IMG/VR virus record: IMGVR_UViG_3300038316_000118
Location: 430-64,429 of that record
DNA from: a virus
Reading direction: 5' to 3' (one strand)
DNA length: 64,000 bases
Position numbers and translations under genes: made by a program. Below are positions 57,221-64,000 of this stretch, piece by piece; positions within the stretch are counted from its first letter, which is position 1, and the number at the start of each line of letters is the position of its first letter. Below the pieces are notes generated by a model. That model was given only the letters and a program-made list of their open reading frames with translations, was not told the DNA's origin and made no database searches.

Positions 57221-59230
57221 ATGAGCGTGCCTGCAGAAAAGCTGCAATTTGAAACCATATCAATAATTCTAAATAGGCTTGGTTTGGCTAATTTCAAAGG
57301 CCAAAAAGGTTTTACCCTGGACACCCAGGGAGGTAATATAGATGTTTTCGGCGATAACGAAACAGGGAAAACAACCCTGTATGACGCATTCTTGTGGTTG
57401 TTCTTCAATAAGGACAGCAGCAACCGCACGGCCTTCAATGTTAAGACCCTGGACAGCAACGGAGAGGCCCTGCACGGACTGGAACATACCGTGGAAGGCA
57501 CACTTAATATCAACGGCAAGCCGGTCGTTTTAAAGAAAACCCTAGTCGAGAAATGGATTAAAAAGCGCGGAGAGGCCCAAAAGACATTCACAGGGCATAA
57601 TGTCCTGCACTGGATTGATGATGTTCCGGTAAAAGAAGGGGAGTATCAGAAGTATATTGATTCCCTCATCAACGAGAAATTGTTCAGGTTGATAACCAAT
57701 CCCCTGTATTTCAACACTCAGTTACCCTGGCAAGACCGGCGCAAAATGCTGCTTGAGATCGTCGGCGACGTGTCGGACGAGGCAGTTATTGCTTCGGATG
57801 TCAGTCTGGCCCGGCTGACCGAAATCCTGAACGGCAAAAAGACTGACGACTACAAGAAAATTATCAGTGAGCGGATCAGGAAGATTAACGAAGAAATCAA
57901 AATGATTCCACCGCGCATTGACGAGCTGCAGCGCGGCATTAAAAACGAAGAACCCGATTATTCCATGACCGAGCGCCTGTTAGTTGACCAGCGTTCCAGC
58001 CTGCAAAGAATCGAAGAGCAGATGGTATCCGCTTCTTCCGTTACCAAAGCGTTTCAGGCCAAGCAGCAGCAATTGAACAAGCTTTATGGTGCCCTGGGGC
58101 AGAAGAAAACCGAATTGGAGCGCCAGGCCAACGCCGGCCGGGATGCTCTGATTAAAGAAGAGCTCCGTCTTACCCGGGAATGCTCCGATCTGGCCGGTGA
58201 GGTAAGCATCCTGGAGTCGAAGAAGAAGCTCACCCAGCAGGAGTACGAAACCAACGGAGATAAAATGGCCGAGCTCCGCGCCAAGTGGGGCGAACTGAAT
58301 AACAAGCAATTCGCCCCACCGGGGCCGGATGCCAAGGTATGCCCGCTATGCCACCAGGACCTGCCGAAACAGGACTGGGCGGAAAAGGTTGCCCATGCCA
58401 GGGAGGAATTCAACCAAGTGAAAAGGGCCGGCCTCAAAGACATCACAGAAAAAGGGCAGGCGTTGGCAGCGCAAAATGAAGAGCTGACCGAGGGGCTCGT
58501 CCTACTTGAGCAGCAGGTCGCACAAAAGACCGGGGCTAAAAACGACCTGGAATCCCAGTTAAAAGCGGTCAAAGCTAAACTGGACGGACCCTGGGATATG
58601 GCATCCCCGGAATCCCATCCCGAATATATAGCCATTCAGTCCCAAATAGATACCCTGCAGGCGGAGATAGAACAGCCGGCAGATAATCGCGCCACTGAAC
58701 TGCTGGAGCAGAAGCGGGAAGTAACCCGGGAGATTGAGCGGCTGAACGCCATTCTCAACAACAAAGAAATTCGCGCCAAGACTGTCGCCAGAATTGAAGA
58801 ACTCAAGCAGGACGAGCGGAAAAAGGCTGAGAGGATAGCCGAGCTGGAAGGCCATAAGTTCCTGCTGGAAAACTTCACTAAGGCCAAGGTAAGCCTGCTG
58901 GAGAGCAACATCAACAGTCGATTTAAGACTGTAACCTTCAAAATGTTCAACACCCTGATAAACGGCGCTGTCGAAGACTGCTGCGAGGCTCTGATAAACG
59001 GCGTACCTTTCGCGGATGCAAACAATGCGGCCAAGATTAACGCCGGGCTGGATATTATCAACACCCTTACCCAGCACTTCGGAGTATCGGCCCCGATTTT
59101 TATAGACAATCGGGAAGCCATAACCAACCTCATTGACGTTGAAGCTCAGGTCATTAGCTTGATTGTAAGCGAAAAAGACAAGTCGCTGAGAGTAGAACCT
59201 TCGGAGGGAAAATATGCCAAAATATCCTAA
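57221..59230 (+). CDS. SMC/RecN-like AAA ATPase of the recombination module
   Basis: GDNETGKTT, long coiled coil with a CPLC hook, PIFIDNRE. Confidence 0.85.
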   Translation: MSVPAEKLQFETISIILNRLGLANFKGQKGFTLDTQGGNIDVFGDNETGKTTLYDAFLWLFFNKDSSNRTAFNVKTLDSNGEALHGLEHTVEGTLNINGKPVVLKKTLVEKWIKKRGEAQKTFTGHNVLHWIDDVPVKEGEYQKYIDSLINEKLFRLITNPLYFNTQLPWQDRRKMLLEIVGDVSDEAVIASDVSLARLTEILNGKKTDDYKKIISERIRKINEEIKMIPPRIDELQRGIKNEEPDYSMTERLLVDQRSSLQRIEEQMVSASSVTKAFQAKQQQLNKLYGALGQKKTELERQANAGRDALIKEELRLTRECSDLAGEVSILESKKKLTQQEYETNGDKMAELRAKWGELNNKQFAPPGPDAKVCPLCHQDLPKQDWAEKVAHAREEFNQVKRAGLKDITEKGQALAAQNEELTEGLVLLEQQVAQKTGAKNDLESQLKAVKAKLDGPWDMASPESHPEYIAIQSQIDTLQAEIEQPADNRATELLEQKREVTREIERLNAILNNKEIRAKTVARIEELKQDERKKAERIAELEGHKFLLENFTKAKVSLLESNINSRFKTVTFKMFNTLINGAVEDCCEALINGVPFADANNAAKINAGLDIINTLTQHFGVSAPIFIDNREAITNLIDVEAQVISLIVSEKDKSLRVEPSEGKYAKIS

Positions 59231-59396
59231 GCCCAATGCGATCGAAATTAAAGGAAATGTTGCCGTAATGAGCATCGCGAAAAGGAATGGCGAGGTTATT
59301 AAAACCATCTTTGATGCCGAGGATATCCCAAAGGTTAAATCGGTATATTATCGCTGGTATGCCCATTATGAGGCTAGATTTAAGGAGGCTTAAAAA

Positions 59397-60146
59397 ATGA
59401 GCGAACAGGAAGTGATTCAGAGTAATAACGCCATTGCTAACCCCGAAGATTTGATACCCGGTTTTACCAGCAAACAGAGCTTGGAATTGGCCCTTAAGGC
59501 TGCCAACATACTTTCGAAGTCTACACTAGTGCCAAAGGACTACCAAGGTAATCTGCCCAACTGCGTAATTGCCTTGAATATGTCAGCGCGGATGAACGCA
59601 GATCCTTTAATGGTTATGCAGAATCTTTATATCGTATATGGCCGCCCTGGATGGTCCAGTCAATTCCTGATCTCTACTTTTAATACCAGCGGCCGGTATT
59701 CAGCCCTACGCTACCAATGGGTAGGCGAAGAGGGAAAAGATACTTGGGGCTGCAAGGCATGGGCTATTGAAAAAGCAACCGGAGAAAAGCTGGAAGGTTC
59801 TACCGTGACCATTGCAATAGCAAAAAAAGAAGGCTGGTACGACAAAAATGGCAGCAAGTGGCAGACCATGCCGCAGCAAATGCTTATGTACCGTGCGGCC
59901 AGTTGGTTTATCCGGGCTTATGCCCCTGAGCTTGCTATGGGTATGCATACCGAGGAAGAACTTTACGATACCTTTGATCTTACGCCTGCCGACTATGAAA
60001 TTAAGGTAGAACAGGAAGTACAGCAGAATGCCAACGTCGAGGTCGTGGACATTGACAAGACGCAAACAAGAGAGGGAAACAGTAAGGCAGATACTACCTC
60101 GAAAACCGACAGCTTGCCGCCTGACGATGATGGCCCGGGGTTCTAA
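59397..60146 (+). CDS. RecT-like single-strand annealing protein
   Basis: PLMVMQNLYIVYGRPGWSSQF...WQTMPQQML.YRAASWFIR. Confidence 0.75.
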   Translation: MSEQEVIQSNNAIANPEDLIPGFTSKQSLELALKAANILSKSTLVPKDYQGNLPNCVIALNMSARMNADPLMVMQNLYIVYGRPGWSSQFLISTFNTSGRYSALRYQWVGEEGKDTWGCKAWAIEKATGEKLEGSTVTIAIAKKEGWYDKNGSKWQTMPQQMLMYRAASWFIRAYAPELAMGMHTEEELYDTFDLTPADYEIKVEQEVQQNANVEVVDIDKTQTREGNSKADTTSKTDSLPPDDDGPGF

Positions 60147-60148
60147 AC

Positions 60149-60889
60149 ATGAAGCTAAAGGTGTTGGGCAGCAGCAGTCACGGAAACTGCTATGTCCTGG
60201 ATACTGGAGCCGAAGTCCTGCTGCTTGAGTGCGGACTAAGGTTCCAGGACATCCAGAAGGGGCTAAATTTTGACCTCTCCCAGGTAACAGGTTGTCTCAT
60301 GACCCATGAGCACAAAGACCATAGCAAGGCAGTAAATGAGGTTATGGGAGCTGGAATTGATGTTTATTGCTCTTCCGGTACCGCTGAGACTTTAAAGCTT
60401 GGCGGCCACCGGTTCACGGCTATCAAGGCCCTGCAGCAGTTTGATGTGGGCGGCATAACTGTTTTACCTTTTGAGATCCAGCATGATGCGGCAGAGCCCC
60501 TTGGGTTCCTTTTATGCCGTCTGGAGACGGGGGAAAAGCTTTTGTATGCTACAGATACCTATTACGTTCGGAACCGTTTCCAAGGCTTAAATTACGTCCT
60601 TATAGAATGCAACTACTGCCTGGAGACGCTGAGAAAGAACGTGGAAGCCGGATTAGTGGCGCCGGCATTAAAGGACCGGATACTTGGCAGCCACTTTAGC
60701 CTGGACCACGTGAAGGACTTCCTGCGCGTCAATGTGACAGCGGACACCCGGAAGATAGTGCTAATTCATTTGTCTGACGACAATTCCGATGCGGCCAGAA
60801 TGCAGCGTGAGGTCCAGGAATTGACTGGGGTAGAAACAGTGATAGCCGACAGCGGCATGGAGATAGGATTGGATTTATATCCGTTTTAA
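60149..60889 (+). CDS. Metallo-beta-lactamase-fold hydrolase
   Basis: GSSSHGNC, THEHKDH, HDA, TDT, HLS. Confidence 0.85.
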   Translation: MKLKVLGSSSHGNCYVLDTGAEVLLLECGLRFQDIQKGLNFDLSQVTGCLMTHEHKDHSKAVNEVMGAGIDVYCSSGTAETLKLGGHRFTAIKALQQFDVGGITVLPFEIQHDAAEPLGFLLCRLETGEKLLYATDTYYVRNRFQGLNYVLIECNYCLETLRKNVEAGLVAPALKDRILGSHFSLDHVKDFLRVNVTADTRKIVLIHLSDDNSDAARMQREVQELTGVETVIADSGMEIGLDLYPF

Positions 60890-60901
60890 GGAGGTACAAC
60901 C

Positions 60902-61303
60902 ATGGAAATATGGATATGCAGTCAGAATAAATGCGTTTTGTGCGAGGCTAAAGGCATATGGGTTGAGGACGAAAGCATTTATACCAGCCAGATAATTAAT
61001 GGTATTCCCCTATGGCTGGGCGAATACGATTCTGAGGTTGAGGCTCTCGCGGTGTTGGACCAGATACAGGGTCAAGTTGACCTAACACGGCCTGAATCTA
61101 TACTCCAGCAGGGCAAGGTTTTCCAGATGCCGCCAGCCGGCTTTAGCACTCAGCCTATTGAATTATCTTACTCAGAACGCCTTTCCCGTGAAAGGTATCT
61201 TGAGTTTGTGAGTGAGTTAGAGGCTGAGGGTGACCCAGACATTCCATCTGAAGGACAATGGCGTGATGAGCTTAAGGCTGCCATAGAAGCAAAGGAGGGA
61301 TAG
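60902..61303 (+). CDS. Hypothetical protein
   Basis: AGGAGG RBS; WLGEYDSEVEALAVLDQI. Confidence 0.6.
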   Translation: MEIWICSQNKCVLCEAKGIWVEDESIYTSQIINGIPLWLGEYDSEVEALAVLDQIQGQVDLTRPESILQQGKVFQMPPAGFSTQPIELSYSERLSRERYLEFVSELEAEGDPDIPSEGQWRDELKAAIEAKEG

Positions 61304-61304
61304 C

Positions 61305-61703
61305 ATGGACCCCAGAGAGATAGCGCTTGATATAGAACAGGTTGTTGAGCGGTGGCGCAAAGCATGGGAATTTGAGGCCTTTGAAAGGCCCTTGCCATTG
61401 CCGGAAACCATCAATGCTATATGCGAGGAATTGGCCTTCAGTCTAGAGCGCATAGGCTGTAAGGAAGAAGAGATCGCATTGCTGGAAGAAGAGAACGCAT
61501 TGCTGGAAGAAGAGAACGCATTGCTGGAAGAAGAGAACGCCAAACTGCGGGCAGTGGCAGAGGCGGCAAAGGAATTGAGACTTACTCAGACATATAAAAA
61601 GTTTCATGATGCCGCAAGTCAAAGTCTGCTTATTATTGAAGCTGCTGCAAAACTCGACAAAGCCCTTACCGCCGCTGGATATGGGGTGAAGAGTGATGAG
61701 TGA
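61305..61703 (+). CDS. Coiled-coil hypothetical protein with a heptad repeat
   Basis: (ALLEEEN)x3. Confidence 0.6.
   Translation: MDPREIALDIEQVVERWRKAWEFEAFERPLPLPETINAICEELAFSLERIGCKEEEIALLEEENALLEEENALLEEENAKLRAVAEAAKELRLTQTYKKFHDAASQSLLIIEAAAKLDKALTAAGYGVKSDE
61476..61538. repeat. 21-bp tandem repeat x3
   Basis: gcattgctggaagaagagaac, three exact copies. Confidence 0.95.
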
Positions 61704-62193
61704 AAAACTGCTGCCGTGCCCGTTTTGCGGCGAGGAGGCTGAGATTGAAAGCTTCCCTGTGTTCACAAATTTGAGGCCGTATTCGCCGGAAACGGCAGAT
61801 AAAAAATATTATGTCCAGTGCAAGGGCTGCGCTACCCAGTGCGGCGCATTGGAATACGATACGCCAGAAGAAGCTATCGCCGCCTGGAACCGTCGCGCTG
61901 GTGGCTGGATAGCGGTAACGGAGAAATTGCCGGAAGATGACCCCGGTATATCGCGATATTCTGATTCCCATTTTGAATTTTGTACCGTAATGGCAGCGGG
62001 ATTTTACGCCGGAAGCAACAGGCTGAGCGTGGGCCAAGTCAACCGCCTGATTAATTACCGCACAGGTATAGAGTACATTGACCGCGTGGCTAAAACGCTG
62101 GACGAGTGGTATTGGGGCGGCTCTTTTGAAAAGGTTACCCACTGGATGCCAATGCCGCAAGGACCGGAAGGAGCTGAGCGGAAGAATGGATAG
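61693..62193 (+). CDS. Lar-family zinc-ribbon protein fused to a DUF551-like domain
   Basis: LLPCPFCG...VQCKGC...EEAIAAWNRR; WIAVTEKLP...VTHWMPMP. Confidence 0.7.
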   Translation: MMSEKLLPCPFCGEEAEIESFPVFTNLRPYSPETADKKYYVQCKGCATQCGALEYDTPEEAIAAWNRRAGGWIAVTEKLPEDDPGISRYSDSHFEFCTVMAAGFYAGSNRLSVGQVNRLINYRTGIEYIDRVAKTLDEWYWGGSFEKVTHWMPMPQGPEGAERKNG

Positions 62194-62761
62194 GCTAACC
62201 GATAGAGATGATCTCAACCAAGCCGTGGTACATCCTCAATACTGCGGTGACGACATAAGTTGGGAAGATTACATAGGGTTGCTTCTCGACCGTCTTGCCG
62301 CTTACGAGGATACCGGACTGACGCCGGAGGACCTGAAAGAGGTTCAGGATGCGCTTGGCAAAACACCGATGAATCGGTTCTATGACATCATGCAAGCTGA
62401 ACGTGAAGGGCGGCTCGTCGTGCTGCCGTGCAAAGTGGGAGATATGGTGTATGCCATTGAGGAAGAATATTTCGACTGTGAAAACTGTCTATATGGCAAT
62501 GAAGCACATTATGACAAAAAAATCAATCGAGTATGCTGCGACTTATATGCTACTGCTAACCGTCATTGCCCCTATAGAATCCAAGAGCAGATAGCTAAAG
62601 GATTCGAAATTTCGAACGACAACGGAAAGCCTGTTTTGTCTGCACCTGGAGAATGGGGATATGAAGGCCTTGAGCCCATTCAAGGAATTGATGGGAAATG
62701 GTATCTGTCTCGCGAAGAAGCCGAGGCCGCGCTAAAGGAGTTGATCACCCGTGACAAGTGA
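62186..62761 (+). CDS. Hypothetical protein
   Basis: RLAAYEDTGLTPE...GRLVVLPCKVGD...LSREEAEAAL. Confidence 0.65.
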   Translation: MDRLTDRDDLNQAVVHPQYCGDDISWEDYIGLLLDRLAAYEDTGLTPEDLKEVQDALGKTPMNRFYDIMQAEREGRLVVLPCKVGDMVYAIEEEYFDCENCLYGNEAHYDKKINRVCCDLYATANRHCPYRIQEQIAKGFEISNDNGKPVLSAPGEWGYEGLEPIQGIDGKWYLSREEAEAALKELITRDK

Positions 62762-63023
62762 AGTGATGAAGGCCCTTAACACGGTATCGGAATACATTCT
62801 CACAACGGAGCAGGAGAACACCCGCCTGGACCGGCTGGTGGACGCCATGGGGGAAGAGCTGGCGGCAGCAAAAGCAAACACCGGGGCTGAAGAAGTACTT
62901 GCACTGGTAGGCCAGATGGCAAATGCCTGGGAGCCTAGATTTGACGTACTGCCTGATGGTATACAGGCGATCATACGAGCTTACCGTAAGTGGGAGAAAG
63001 GAGAGGACCATGAGAGATTATAA
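62751..63023 (+). CDS. Hypothetical protein
   Basis: Coupled ORF. Confidence 0.55.
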   Translation: MTSEVMKALNTVSEYILTTEQENTRLDRLVDAMGEELAAAKANTGAEEVLALVGQMANAWEPRFDVLPDGIQAIIRAYRKWEKGEDHERL

Positions 63024-63492
63024 ATTTCGCGGCAAGCGGACGGACAATGGGGAATGGGTGATAGGATGTTACGCTAAATTTGTTAATTACTTGGACGGGA
63101 ATACAAAACCGGGTATACAGGTAATTACGCAGGTTCCAAGTTCTTTTGACAGAATGATTCCAGCTTTTGAAACGGAATTAGTGGAGGTTATTCCCGCCAC
63201 CGTCGGCCAGTTCACCGGCCTCAAGGATAAGAACGGGCAGGAACTCTATGATGGGGATATTTTACAGGGTGGTCAGGACTACGAGAAAATTTACGGAAAA
63301 CCAATAGTGAAAATAGGTGAATATATAGACAACGGTTTAAGGCATCTTGACTTATGCGAAGATGAAACCTTTCCACTTTACGGAGTTTATATTGAAACTT
63401 TATGGGGCCCCGGGGGATTGAGTGGTGACCATGAATTAATTAAGATCGGCAACATCTATGATAACTCGGAGTTATTGGAGGTGAGCCGATGA
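63010..63492 (+). CDS. YopX-family protein
   Basis: KFRGKR...TVGQFTGLKDKNG.E.YDGDI...IGNIYDN. Confidence 0.85.
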   Translation: MRDYKFRGKRTDNGEWVIGCYAKFVNYLDGNTKPGIQVITQVPSSFDRMIPAFETELVEVIPATVGQFTGLKDKNGQELYDGDILQGGQDYEKIYGKPIVKIGEYIDNGLRHLDLCEDETFPLYGVYIETLWGPGGLSGDHELIKIGNIYDNSELLEVSR

Positions 63493-63890
63493 AGCTAACC
63501 ATACCCGGAGAACCTACAGGTAAGGCCCGCCCCAGAGTGACGCGGCAGGGGATAGCATACACCCCTGCCAAGACGGTAAATTATGAAACCCTGGTGCAAG
63601 AATTATATTATGTCCAACACGGTAACAAGCGGTTAGAAGGGCAAATATCGGCTCTGATAATCGCTTATTTTTCGATTCCCAAGAGCGCCAGCAAGAGGAA
63701 ACGGCAAGCCATGTTAGATGGCCAGATCAGACCAACCAAGAAACCGGACTGGGACAATATTGGGAAAATTATTTGCGATTCGCTCAATAAACTGGCTTAT
63801 GACGATGATAGCGGCATTGTGGATGGAACCGTAAAAAAATACTATTCTGATAACCCGAGAGTGGAGGTTTATTTAACAGAGGCAAGTTAA
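63489..63890 (+). CDS. rusA: RusA Holliday junction resolvase
   Basis: GKARPR, TKKPDWDNIGKIICDSLN..AYDDD, PRVEV. Confidence 0.88.
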   Translation: MKLTIPGEPTGKARPRVTRQGIAYTPAKTVNYETLVQELYYVQHGNKRLEGQISALIIAYFSIPKSASKRKRQAMLDGQIRPTKKPDWDNIGKIICDSLNKLAYDDDSGIVDGTVKKYYSDNPRVEVYLTEAS

Positions 63891-64000
63891 GGGAGGTCTG
63901 GTAATGATATGCACATGCGGGAGAGAGATGATTTTGGGCAGTAGAAAGAAAAGATTTTGGATAAAGGATATTCGGCTCTGTACCCATTGCGGCAGGGCCG

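Noticed and set aside
59208-59390. Short ORF resembling the N-terminus of an HNH/AP2 endonuclease
   Set aside because: Under 60 aa with no catalytic motif; similarity too weak to call.
1-64000. CRISPR array, tRNA/rRNA genes, reverse transcriptase/DGR, IS transposase
   Set aside because: No regularly spaced repeat-spacer series, cloverleaf with T-loop consensus, RT motif or DDE/HUH transposase was seen by eye. Dedicated tools were not run.
1-64000. Genome-wide stop-codon reassignment as the explanation for the TAG in terL and the TGAs at 18807-18924
   Set aside because: Many long genes are intact under the standard code and end in TAG or TGA. Reading through the terL TAG would also not restore the frame.

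Overview
The whole 64 kb window is phage DNA with no host genes. It looks like a near-complete, circularly permuted genome of a temperate, short-tailed (podovirus-like) phage of a Firmicute. Gene order: SNF2-methylase, PAPS-reductase-like and C5-methylase genes, replication initiator and DnaC-like loader (0-11.5 kb); a leftward accessory island with a tyrosine recombinase (11.6-18.1 kb); packaging, head and tail genes and a ~2,550-aa polyvalent protein (19.5-44.5 kb); lysis; a HipA-like kinase/DUF3037 moron; an intact attP beside a large serine integrase; exported and membrane lysogeny genes; the cI/cro switch; and a recombination module (SMC-like ATPase, RecT-like, MBL hydrolase, RusA). Main leads: (1) an intact tyrosine recombinase surrounded by five copies, in both orientations, of a TTTTAGNYTACCT motif each followed by a hairpin, at the boundaries of cassette-like genes; (2) terL broken inside its Walker A by a 5-nt insert whose layout (GGT TAG GC GGC) fits a ribosomal stop-hop; (3) a C5-methylase with a nested out-of-frame subunit carrying motif IX; (4) a tail protein gene split by an inserted module; (5) a replication-initiator-like ORF with three in-frame TGA codons. 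All family assignments come from motif recognition by eye, not database searches.
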